A stretch of 64,000 nucleotides of DNA from Sminthopsis crassicaudata. Taxonomy: Eukaryota. Below the pieces are notes generated by a model. The model was not told where the DNA came from. It did no database searches and worked only from the letters and a program-made list of their open reading frames with translations. Of this stretch, positions 48,627-61,572 are shown piece by piece; the first letter of the stretch is position 1; the number at the start of each line of letters is the position of its first letter. The stretch covers positions 24,504,454 through 24,568,453 of the forward strand of contig NC_133619.1 of assembly GCF_048593235.1 (NCBI RefSeq), written 5' to 3'. The translations under genes and the position numbers were made by a program.

Positions 48627-51600
48627 GGGATAGAGCCAAGATGGGGGAGAGCAGACACAATTTTCTGTGACCACCTCTTATCTTCTCTCAAACCAATAGT
48701 AGATTAAGCCTATAAACTGGTTTTATAATCAAAGAATCCACAAATCTTTGGAGTACAACACATTCCCAGAAGATACCTTGAAAGAACTTCAGAACAGGTC
48801 TGTTTCAAACAAAAAGGGGGACAGTCTGCTGACCACAGCACAGGGAGACCACAGCAAAGAACTGGGGTAGAGAGTCGAGCATTGCAGATTGCACACACCT
48901 GGGAATCTTCTGGGAGCCTCTTGGTCTACACTGACCTTTTTTGCAAGCAGATGGTTTGGCAGATTTGTCTTTTGTATAAGACAAATTGTAAACCATTGAG
49001 CCCAGCAAAAAAGCCAGATCTAGCCATGATTACCCAGTACCAGAAGTCTGTCAGCAGAATTGCCCCAAGGCAAATTGAAGCAACTGTTGATGCTTTGCAT
49101 TGACCAGACCTCAAGCCTTTAAAAATGAGTGAAAAACCAAAAATAACTCTCACCAGAGACACTTTTTATGGAGAGAGAGAAATAACAGACTTCAAATCCT
49201 GAGATCCCTAAAGGCAATGCAACTCCAGATAAAGTCTCAAAGGGAGATATGAGTTGATCCATATTTCACAAGGCTTTCTTGGAAGATTGCATAAAGTATC
49301 TTAAAGAGAGAAGAAAAATGGAAAAAAGAAATGAGATCATTACAACAAGGAATGGAAAAAGCATATAATGTCCTACAAAAGAAATATGAAAAAGATACCA
49401 ATTCACTGAAAAACAAAATTTGTGAAATGGAAAAATTTGTGAAATGACTAAAAAAATTCAACTGGCCAATTACAAAAGAAGCTTTAAAAAAGGCAACTGA
49501 AGAAAACAATACACTAAAAATTATAATTGAACAAATGGAAGTGAATGACTCAATAAGACTTCAAGAACCAGTCAAACAAAAAAAAAAAAAGAAAGGAAAA
49601 AGAAAAAAAAGTAGAAGGAAATATTCTTAATAATTCTTAGGAAAAACAATTGGCCTGAAAAATAAATCTAGGAGAGACAATCTAAGGATTACTGGACTTC
49701 TTAAAAACCATGATTAAAAAAAAGAACCTAGACTTTATCTTATAAGAACTCATAAAGGAGAACTTTCCTGATATCTTAGAATCAGAAGGTAAAATAGCCA
49801 TTGAAAGAATTCACTGATCACCTCCTGAAAAAGAACCCAAAATTAAATCCTCAATCCACAGCTAAATTTCATACCTATAGGACCAAGGAAAAGATATTGC
49901 AAGCAGCCAGAAAGAAAAAAAATTTAAATACCGAAGAGCCACAATTAGGATTACTCAGGACCTAGAAGCTTCCACCTTAAAGGATGGAAGAGCCTAGAAT
50001 CTGATATCCTGAGAAGCAAAGGAACGTGCATTACAGCCAAGAGTAAGCTATCCAGTTAAAATGAGCATTATCTTTCAGGGAAGAAGATGGATATTCAATG
50101 ATATAAGTGAATTTCACTTATTTCTAATAAAAAGAACTGAAGAAAAACTTTGATCTTCAAAGACAGAACTTAAGAGAAACAAAAAGGTAAAAAGGAAAGA
50201 ACTCATTAACTATATTTCTGTTATGGATATACTTAGAGAATGTGGGTATTTGATTTTATTATGATAATATGATAAAGAAACTAGAAGTGGAAAGGGGATC
50301 ATACTGGAAAAAGAGGGAAAAGGAGGCAAAATAAGGAGAATTTCCTCTCAAGAGGCAAAGAATACCTATTATAATTAAGAGAAAGAAAGGAGGGAGATGA
50401 GTATTTTGTGAATCGTATTCTCATTAGATTGGGCCCAAAGAGAGAATATCAGATACAATTGGATTTCACAGAGAAACTTGTCTTACCTTATAGGGAAGTG
50501 GGAGGGTAAANNNNNNNNNNNNNNNNNNNNNNNNNNNNNNNNNNNNNNNNNNNNNNNNNNNNNNNNNNNNNNNNNNNNNNNNNNNNNNNNNNNNNNNNNN
50601 NNNNNNNNNNNNNNNNNNNNNNNNNNNNNNNNNNNNNNNGAATCTATTATGCTTCAGATAAAGTTTAAAAAACACACAGGGATAGTAATTGTGATCTCAG
50701 ATCAAGTTAAAACAAAGATAGATCTAATTAAAAGAGATAAGGAAGGAAACTACATTTTACTAAAGTATACGGTAGATAATGAAGCAATATAAATATTAAA
50801 CATATATTCATCAAGTGGTATAACATACAAATTCTCTTAAGAGAGATATAAGAAGAAATAGACCACAAAACTATACTAGTGGAGAATCTCAACCTTGCTC
50901 CCTCAGAACTAGATAAATCAAACCACAAAATAAATAAGAAAGAAGGGGGTAAACAAAATATTAGAAAAGTTAGGTATGATAGATCTTTGGAGAAAATTGA
51001 ATGGAGAAAAAAAGGTTTTTACTTTTTTTCTCAGTGGTTCATGGAACCTATACAAAATTTGATCATATATTAGGACATAAAAATCCCAAAATCAAAGGCA
51101 GAAAGGCAGAAATAGTAAATGCAATTTTTCAGATTATGATACAATAAAAATCACATGCAATATATAAGGCCAGGAGAAAACAGACCAAAAGTTAATTGCA
51201 AATTAAATAATCTAATCCTAAAGAATGAATGGATGAAACAGTACATCATAGACAAAATTTCATCCAAAAGAATGACAATAATGAGACAGCATACCAAAAC
51301 TTGTGGGATGCAGCCAAAGCAGTTGTAAGGTGAAATTTTATGTCTCTAGATGTTCACTTGCATAAAATAGAAAAAGAACGAATTGGGCTGACAACTAAAA
51401 AAGCTAGGAAAAGAACAAATTAAAAATCCTCAATTAAATAAAAAATTGAAATTCTGGAAACAAAAGAGGAGATTAATAAAATTGCAAATAAGAAATGTAT
51501 TAAATTAATAAATAAAATTAATATTTGGTTTTATAAAAAACACAAAGTAGATAAACCTTTAGTTAATTTGGTTAGAAAAAGAAGAAAATCAAATTTTAAG

Positions 51601-52320
51601 TCTCAAAAATGAAAATGGAGAACTTTCCTCCAGTGAAGATGAAATAAGAGCAATAATTAGGACTCATTTTGTCTAACTACATGGCAATAAATTTGATAAT
51701 TTAAATTAAATTGAGTAATATTTACAAAAATAGAAATTGCCCAAGTTAATAGAAGAAGAAATAAATTATTTAAATAGGTTCATTTTAGAAAAAGAAATAG
51801 AACATATGAATTATCTCCCTAAGAAAAAATTCTTCAGGCCAGATGGATTTACATTTGAATTCTACCAAACATTCAAAGAACAATTAACTCCAATATTATA
51901 TAAACTATTTGAAAAAAATTAGGGAAAGCAATAGTCCTACCAAATTTCTTTTATAACACTGATATGTTGCTGATAGCTAAACCAGGTAGGGTGAAAACAG
52001 AGAAAGAAAATTATACACCAATTTCCCTAATGAATATTGATATAAAATCTTAAATAAAATATTAGCAATGAGATTATAGAAAGTCATTCCCAGGATAATG
52101 CCTTATGACCAAGTAGGATTTATACCAGGAATGCAAGGCTGGTTCAATATTAGGAAAACTATCAGTATAATCAACTCTATAAATAACCAAACTAACAAAA
52201 ATCATATGATTATCTCAATAGATGCAGAAAAGGCATTTGATAAAATCTAGCACCCATTCCTATTAAAAACATTAGAGAGTATAGGAATAAATTTATTTTA
52301 CCTTAAAATGATCAGTATCA
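48627..52320 (+). mobile_element. L1, 5'-intact (5'UTR, ORF1, spacer, ORF2 EN to start of RT) but lacking the 3' half; disabled
   Basis: 5' end 'gggatagagccaagatgg'. ORF1 from ~49124. ORF2 motifs 'ccaatttccctaatgaatattgat' (PISLMNID), 'gaccaagtaggatttataccaggaatgcaaggctggttcaatattagg' ([16 protein letters not shown]) and 'gatgcagaaaaggcatttgataaa' (DAEKAFDK). Ends abruptly at ~52320. Confidence 0.95.
50511..50639. other. Assembly gap (N run) inside L1
   Basis: 129 N. Confidence 1.
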
Positions 52321-53464
52321 TTCTGACTAAGGATTAAATGACCAGGAGGAAAGATAACATTTTTATCTCAGAAATTTTAGGGAGTGGGTGGAGTTTCTTC
52401 AGCAAAAAATGATATGATGAGACTTAGGTTTAATTATATTGATTTAGTCACTATATAAATAGTAGTTTTGGAATAACTGGGAAAGTTTAGAAAGGGTAGA
52501 TAGGAGATTTTACAGATAGGGATACCAATTACTAAGTTTTTAGAGAAACACAGATGAAAGGAATTGTTTCTAAAATTGAGTTTGCATCTATATGAGTGGA
52601 GAAAAGGGGAAGGATGCCAGAAACAATGCAAAAGTAAAACACATTGTAATTGATTATGATTAATATATCATAACATATCCTATATCTTCATTCTACAATG
52701 GGATGAAATTTGAGGAAGAGGAAAGAATAGAATATATGATTCATGATTTTAGGCATTGTAGACAGAAAGGTATAGAAACAGACAAGCTAAGAAGAGAAAT
52801 GGATTTAAGAGAAGATATAATTAATTCTGCTTTTGAAATTTTAAATTTGAGTTGCCCAAGGAACATCAAGATAGATATCTAAGAGACAAATCGTGATGTT
52901 GCAGACCTTGCTGACTAATAGCAAAGTGCTGGCCTCAACAAATATAGGCTAATTAGGGGAAATGTGAATTTTAGTGGGGAAATAATTTGTATTTGTAAAT
53001 GCTAATTTTGAGACACCTATGGAACATCCAAGCATAACATCCAGCACAAAGTTATCGATATAAAGATCTGAGGATGGATAATAATAATCTATTAGTGATA
53101 CCATCATTGTTCATCCATCTCAAGCTGAAAACATTTTCAAAGGTGACTTATCACTTTTGACTTGTTCTTCATTCCTATCCTCTTTTTTGTAATTTACTTT
53201 TGTTGCTTATTTATTTAAATAAAGCTTCTTTATACCTTTTATATCCATTTTTGTTGAGATTCTCATCAGGCAGCTACCTGATGCACATGTCTCATGTGTG
53301 TGATATAGAAAAGATGCTGAACATTGAACCAAGACACACCTGAGATCAGGTGTTACTATTTGTACAAGACATGGGCTCATTACAATCTGCATTCTTCTCC
53401 TTGTACTATAATTAAAACCTCTTTGGCAGATCACTACGGGTCATGTGAAACTTTTTCATAAAGC

Positions 53465-53755
53465 TTTTATTTTCAAAACATATGCATGGATAATTTAACA
53501 ACATTGACTCTTGGATAGCCTTGTGTTTCAGATTTTCTCCTCTTTTCCCCAACCCCATCACCTAGAGGGCAGACAATCCAGTATATCTTAAACATATTAA
53601 AATATATGTTAACTCCAATATGTACAAATATATTTATACAATTCTCTTGCTGCACAATAACAATCAGATTAAAAAAAAAGAAAGTAAATGAGTAAGAAAA
53701 CAAAAATGCAAGTAAAGAACAACAAAAAGCATGAGAGTGCCATGTTGTGATCTAC
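53465..53755 (-). mobile_element. 5'-truncated L1 3'UTR
   Basis: The reverse complement ends 'gtcaatgttgttaaattatccatgcatatgttttgaaaataaaa', homologous to 61976-62146 and 36900-37100. Confidence 0.88.
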
Positions 53756-56700
53756 GTTGTAGATCATATTTTCAAGTCATATGATCGTTGGAAATTTTGT
53801 TTATTACCTTTTACATAGGGCTTAATTTATTTTCATCTTATCCTTTCATAAAAAAGAAATAAGTAAATTTGCAATGAAGGTTTACCCATTTTGTATTTCA
53901 TTTCCTTTGAGGCAAATGTGGCTCTCAACTTGTTCCACTAATAAGGAAACTTACACAAAACATCCTTCATTATGAACATCAAAAGAGCATCAATGTCAGG
54001 AAATCCATACTCATGCTCTTTTGACATCCATAAAAAGTGTGGTTTGTGTTTGTAATGTCTCAGTGGGATCCAAATGGAAAACATTTTCTATAGTATAATA
54101 TTTGTAATAATGAATCAAGATTTGTCCTCTTTTTTCTTTTCTCCAAGATGATTTACTTTCCAACTTGGTTATGAATGATAGAATGAAATCCAAGCAGAAA
54201 ACAATAAAGATTCTGGGAGACAGAAATAAGTGGGCGGAAGAATCGTCTAAGTATGAGAGACACAGTCTGTGCAAGGAAGGAAGAGATGACATGTAGCATA
54301 TTGATTCTATGGAAAAGCAAGTAAGCTATGTAGTTATGAGAGAAAGTGTATGAGGGATAGAAAGATCAAAGATCATGTGTCTTGAAAATCTGACACAAAG
54401 TAAATGAAGTGATGAGCTTATGGATAATAAGAGTTAGCTTAAAAATGGAAAGGGTACTTTACTTAGACTGAGCATAGCTGCCACTCTGATGGATATTGAC
54501 GGGTATTTGTATCTTTTTGGATGTGATGACTCAGATAATGGTATTAACAAATAAAAAAGGAAGAAAAATTAAAAGACTTAAAAATTAAGCTCAGCCAAAA
54601 ATAGCCTAACAAATAGCAATGATAAAACCATCATTAACTGATTTAGAAAATGTCATTGAGAGAGTGAAGAATTTTGGGGGTTTGCAAGATAGTAAACCTG
54701 GAAGATTAGATAATTTATTAGAAATAAGGAAATTCAGAAGTATGGTTTTCAGAAAGAAGGTAATGTTTTGAACATAATCAAGATTAGATATCAAAGGAAT
54801 ACCAAGTTTGGAATGTCTAAAAGATAGTTCAGGATGTAGAACCAGAAGTTAATAGGAAGTAGTCCTGATTACCCACGTAGAAATAATTGATATTTGGATC
54901 AGATTATTGGATCAAGCAAGATATATTTAGACAAATGCTTCAGAAGAAACTCTACACCTAGAAAACATGCATACGTTCATTTTAATGTTCTAAATTTGAA
55001 GAACCAGGTGAATTCCTTCTCATCTTTGGTACCCTCAATAAAAGGGGTACTCTCCTGGGAACAAATTCCCTCCTTTCTATAGGTATCAAATGAGTGGTTG
55101 AATGGAAGGCATATTTCCAAACAGGTTAAAAACAAAGTAAGAAAATAAAAAGAAATCACAGAATGAGAAAAAGAAAGACTAAAAGGGGTTGTATTCTATG
55201 GCTAGTAAGTAATCTGTTTCCTCACCAACAGAGGTGTCTGCAAAAAGCTGATATGAAACCTATTGTCCAGGGATTGTATGGCAGATGTTGGCTACTTTTG
55301 TCTGAGTTAAGGGAAAATTGTAGATCTTTTCTTTTCTGGATGTCAGCATCCTAAGCAGAGCAAAAATATTAGGAAAAAAGTTTTAATGAAAGGAAGAAAA
55401 GGGAAAGCCCAATCAAAGCAAAAAAACAAAAACAAAAATAAAAACAAAACAAAACAAAAAACACTCGGATATATTCAAATCAGGTTTTAACCCAAGTAAG
55501 AAACTATTCAGGACTCCAAATAATAGTGAATACATGTAAACTGTAGTAGGATGTTTTATGTGTATGGAAACTGAATGTTAAACAAGTCCCCAAAACCTGT
55601 ATTGCAATTATTTCTATTGAAAACTTGATAACTCACTGAGTAATACAACCATCATTTTGGAGGACTTTTAAGATAAAAGCAAACAATATGCTTAACAAAG
55701 GGTTTTTTATGACACTGCCCAATTATTTAAAGCATTGTACAGAGGTTATTTTAAAAATATAGGTAAGGCCTCTTATAATTTATTACAATATATATAATCT
55801 ATAATGTAATGAATCTGGATGGAACACATACAAACCTAGCTCAGAAACCAATCATTGAAGCTACCTACATGCCTAACACTACCACTTCCCTGGCAGAAGT
55901 AAATCATTTCTCAATTTCTTTGTCATGGATTATGTATTCACAAGATTCATTCCGATTTCTTCATATTAATGTGAATTTAATGAGCAATTCCTGAATAATG
56001 ACTTTTTGGTTAATTACTACATAATCACAGTTTTTTTTTTTAATGCTACATTCTCCATTTTGGTCCATTCAATGAGAATCAGTAAATAAGACTATAAAGC
56101 AATCGATTCTGTACGTTGCTTGGAAACCTTGGTGTTGATATGACAACCTTGGTATAATAAACTAGATCACCACCTTCTTTTTACTTACATGAAGAAATCA
56201 TATATTTTCAGAAGGGTAATCTACTTGGATAGAAAAGTCTTTTTATCCACTAGTCTATAGTGACATCTACAGAAAAGAATGAAAAGGGATGAAAGAGAAA
56301 GAGAAAAAGAAAAAAGGGGGAAGAAACATAACACAGAATGTATTAATATCATAGGATTTTATAATATATGTGTGTATACATATGTACACATATATACATG
56401 TTTTGCAAATGTTAATGTTTCCAATAAGAAAATTTGTGAAATAATCTATGATCCAAAAGAATTTAATTTATAAGAGCTCTCATATAAGATGGAAGTGAAA
56501 AATCTAAGCAATAGGGAATTTCCCAACAAAGTGAATCATTATCACTTCTAAAAGAAATAAATATTTCCTTCACAAGGGGCCCTCAGTATTAAGGGTTTTT
56601 AGTATTATGGTTAAATTTCAATGATCTTGGTCATAACTTGCCCCTGTTTTGTTACAGCAATATATCACATTGAAAAGGCAATTCTGCGTTATTTTTCTCA

Positions 56701-57249
56701 TCATAGATGGATAATTTGAATAAATAAGCTTCACAGCAGAAAACACTTTGAGTAATAAAGCAAACTCCCTGGTCTTTTGCCTATATCAAATCAATTATAA
56801 AGTCAGTCTCCCTTTCATTTTTAATTCACCATAAAATCTGTCTTCCTTGTCTACAGAGAGGGATCTAGAGTAAATGAGCTTTGTTCCCAAGAACCAACTC
56901 CCAAAAGTTTTTTGGTTTTTTTTTTTTCCCCTAATTTAACCTCAAAGTTGATATTGGAAATAACTCAGCCATAATTGTAAAAGTCATTTGGAGGACTTTT
57001 AAAAAGAAAAGTATCTCTTACCACAGAACCTTTAAATTGGTTATTAATTATTGTTAAGATAATTTTGATAATTATTACTCATTCTTAATTGATATAAAAA
57101 TTATATAATCATTAATCAGGTATTTTAAAATAATTTTAGTCTAATCATTATGGTATTAAAACTGATTATTTGAGATTATTTTAAAAGATTGAGTTAATGT
57201 TTCATCTGAAATAACATCAGATGTGGAAATAAATAGCTGTAGCTAGAAT

Positions 57250-57480
57250 CCTAACTCATCGAGCCCTGTCATTTGAATCTTCTCCAGATCTTGCTGTCAA
57301 CACTTTCTAGGGATCTTGTCCAATGTGCTAAAGATCTTTGTCTAAATTGGTAGATGTTTCAGGATATCAGTGGGGCACATGGGCTACCCTGTTATCTGCT
57401 GCTCACACCACTATTAGACTGGCCCACATCCTTTAATTTTCAAGCGTTTCTTTGATAATATGAATTAATTCATAAAGAAT
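57250..57480 (-). mobile_element. RTE LINE 3' remnant
   Basis: On the minus strand: 'gtgggccagtc...cagataacagggtagcccatgtgccccactgatatcctg', the decayed WAGH...W region of RTE 3' ends. Confidence 0.6.
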
Positions 57481-59516
57481 TAAGACTTAGTCTCTACTTT
57501 CACATATAAGAGATTGAGAGCTAGAAAGTTCTCTTCTGGACAAGGAAGTCAAAGATAATTTTGATTGGGGCCAAAAGGTAGATGTACTTCCCAGGAATGG
57601 TAGTACTGATATGACTGCTGTTCAGAGTTTAGGATCATAGGGAGGGAGTTCAATTTCTGGTCCAAGATTGAGATTATCAAGTCAGGACACATGACCAGGA
57701 AATTATATGGTGAGCCTGATACTGGACAAGATGAGATGAGTGCTTAGCAATCTGATTCCAGAACTAATTAATGTAGGACTTCTATTTTCCCTTCTATAAA
57801 ATCTTGTTAAGATCCCTTGTTGACATTATACTGAAAATATTCATGCCCCACAAGGAGTACTCTACTGCCATTTGTGTGACCTGTATCTACTATCTTTAGT
57901 TTCTCACAGATTGTGGTATCTCATTCTTTGGAACCTCACTGTAAATATATTACTGTAAATAAAAAGGAGAAGCCTGGAGGGTCATTAGCAGTCCCAGATA
58001 ATGTCCCGAAGGCAATCTAACCCAGAATGAAATAGGAGAAAGCAAGCTAAGTTGAGTTGCCACTGGGAAATTGCATAGTTCTTTTAATAACCCCAAATTC
58101 CTTCTGGAAACAAGAGCAAAACTTTTAAACACAAATAGATACACAACACAAGGTAGGGTTTTGGCTACACTGCACCTGAGGTGTTTGGTCTTACACACAA
58201 AAACACATTGTGTTATTCCATCACATTTTACCAAAAGACAGTTTTCCTCCTCTTTTCCAATTGCAACTTAAAGTAAAAGACAAATGTGGCTTCTTAAAAT
58301 ATCCCTTGTAATTTTAAGCTCTTCCCCCACAAGAAAGGTGAAAAAGGTACATAATTTGGGTAATGAATGGCCATGCAAAAATCTATATAGTGAATTAAGA
58401 AATCATATTCTATCTAACTTATTCCATCAGATAGTAATTTTATCTATTAGATATTACATAGAATTATATATTCTATCTAAATTATATTGTCTATCAAACT
58501 ACAGACTAATAACACTGGTCCCAAAGGGGAAGGTTTTCTACCTTCTTATCAATAAGGTCAGATTATCTCTAGATTTCTGTTATGATATATGGTTATGATC
58601 TTCTTCCTACTTTAAAATCCAGCTAAAATATTTTCCTCCTATAGTTTTTCAGTAATATTTTCCTCACCCTGCTCATCAGAAATCCTATTTGTTATTTTCA
58701 CAAACATGTCCTAATTTAATTCAGTCAAATAAATATTAAATGTCACCTGCCTATTTTGTTTAAAGAACAATTCTTGGTCCTGGAGACAGAAAGGCTGAAC
58801 TAAGACAGTTCCTAATTGCAAATTCTCTGAGAAAAGGAATATTTTACAGTCTTTATTTTGTTTGACTTGATGGCCTCCATCATCCATGAAGATTTAATTT
58901 TTTTTTCATTAATTAACACTTGTTTTTTCTCACTTTCCCATCTGTCTCTTCATGTGAAAATTAAGAGAAATTTTTAAAAATCACCAACCCCTGGTAACAA
59001 ATAGGAATAGTCAAATAAAATAAATGTTTTTCTATAATATATGATTCTTAGTTTGAATCAAGTTTTTGTACATACAGTTTTTGTGTGTTTCATAAATATA
59101 GCATTGACCTTTCTTCCATTGTTTTTCATACCTCTCTATCTCTTCTCATTTTGGAATTACTTGGAGTAAGTCCTCTAGGTCAGCACTAAATATAAAAAAG
59201 AGGAATCAACACCCAAACAGATCACATGTAAAAATTATCAAAGTTTAAGAGCTAGCATAGAGTGCTTCAGTGTATAAAGGAAAACAGTCTGAGGGAAATC
59301 GGTCAGCAGATTTCTAGCTATGAGAAATGATGGTTAAAGTAGATATTGAAGTAGATGGTTGATGAGTTGAAAGAGGGAAGGATTCCATTCCACCATATCT
59401 ATAATAGTTTTTTTTGGATTTGGTAATTGGGGATGCTGTACTTTTCTTTGATTTTCCTGCTTACTGGGTCACATTGCTCATGTCAGTCCAAATCCATTTT
59501 TCAAATAAATATTCAC

Positions 59517-59616
59517 CTTGATTACTGCAGATAAGTCAACCAATGTTTTGCCAATGATCCAGTAATATGGGCAGCACAACCACCCTGGCTCCACATGTCC
59601 CTGAAAGCAGCCACTC
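59517..59616 (-). other. Candidate 100-nt exon (coding or non-coding), unidentified
   Basis: Minus-strand acceptor 'aacttttatttatttaaaag', donor AAG|GTGAAT, one open frame (SGCFQGHVEPGWLCCPYYWIIGKTLVDLSAVIK). Confidence 0.2.
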
Positions 59617-61019
59617 CTTTTAAATAAATAAAAGTTAAATAAAGAAGGAAACACATATTTTCTAGATAAGCAACTTCAATAACCAAAAAGTTCAGGACAA
59701 AGAAAAGATTAACCCTGGAAGCATTGCTAATATGAATATGTCTCCTAATATGTTTGGATGCCTGGGACAATGGATCTTCTGTTGGGGATAGAAAGAGCTT
59801 CCAACCAAGCCTCTCAGAAAGTTTATCAAGCCAGTTGGTAAAGGAAAAAAATAATGTCAAGAAAGGTTTTTTCTTTACTCCACAACCATCTGATCCTATG
59901 ACTGAGTCAAAGGCTTTTTTCTAAAAAGAGCTATTTTAAAAGTCCCTTAAACTAAAAGCAAACATGGAGCACATTCTGCTGGTGAAGTATAAATCTATAG
60001 TGAATAAAGTAACATAGCACCATGGACAGGACCCTGGACAGGACCCTGGACTTGGAGTTTAGAAAACCCAGATAAAATCCTGCCTCAGATATTAGCTGTA
60101 TGATCCTGGTCAAATCACTTGAATCATCCTGTGTCTCAGTTTCTTTTATTGTAAAAAATTAGGGAATTAGATTTTAGGGATCCTCATGTTATCAAGTTTT
60201 AAATGTATGATTCTCTGACTTTAACTGAAGCTAGGAGCTGGAAGGAAAAAAACAAACCTTTAGTATTGAGTGCAGCAAAGCCATGTTTTGCAATATTTAG
60301 ATAACCAGAAGAGTAGCATATGATAAGGGTGATATACTTCATGGAGCTCTCAAGAAGAATTACAGTCAACCATCCAGCAGATACTATTAGTCAGATAGAA
60401 TAGTACATAGTAGAGGGAGAAGTGTTCAGCAGGAACTATACATGTGGTATCCAATAGAATACTGTCCAGAAAAGTGTCCAAGTGAGGAGCAGACCAGGCA
60501 GCAATCCAGCAACTTTTCACTGGGAGTGTGTATGTGTGTGTATGTGTATTTATTTGTGGGAGACTATGTACCACATTTATGGAGAAAATTTATTGTTTCT
60601 TTGCTTTCTATACCATTTAATTAATGCCTTATTTTAAGTGTGTCATTTGTCTGATCATTAAAGGTAGATCCACTAAAGAATCATTATAAGCTATTTTGTT
60701 AGGAATGTACAGGATATTTAAACTTGGGTGAGCCTTTTCTATGGGGACTCTTGCTATAAGTTTTCCTACTCTTTTCAAAAAAGGAAATAAAAGATGGCAT
60801 GTTAGAGACTTCCTCAGATGAACTTTCTCAACTTTCCCTTCTAAATAACTTTATAAAAATTCCTCAAATAAAATTTTGGAGTGATAATCAACAAAAAGCT
60901 AGAATAAAATAATTTTTCCTTTTCTTTTTGTTTTCTTTTCCTTTACATCCTTTTTTTTTGTGAGGCAGAGTTAAATGACTTGCCTGGCGTCATAGCACTA
61001 GTATTAGTCAGTGACTATA

Positions 61020-61504
61020 AGTTCAAATTCAGGTCCTAGGGTGAGATGTTTTTACTAGCCTAAAAATACTCAGGAGGTTACCAAGAATCATTTGTGATAC
61101 TAGGGGGAAAACTGCCTGGAGTCCATACCCATAGTGGCCGTGAGAATAGCCACAGCAACTTCAAGAGTTCTCACAAAAGATCTATCAAAGGAAAGTTAGA
61201 TTAAGAAAGAAATTATTTGAGATTAGTTGGCAATTGCATGATTCTAAGTGTTACACAATTCCGGGTCAGTTCCAGGATGAAAAGGAGCACTGAGTGATAA
61301 CCCCAAGGGATGGGGAGTCTGGTCTCAATTTCAAGGCAAAGAGGGCCACCACCACTTGTGACTACAAGGGATCAGGTCCCTTCTTGAGTAAAGACCAGAG
61401 TATTACAGATCAGGAGAGCAGTGACTACAGTTCTCCCAGGATCAAATCACCCTGAAAATATATTTTTTTAAATTTGCAGAACCCCAGAACTGACTCAGAA
61501 TACT

Positions 61505-61572
<68 letters not shown>

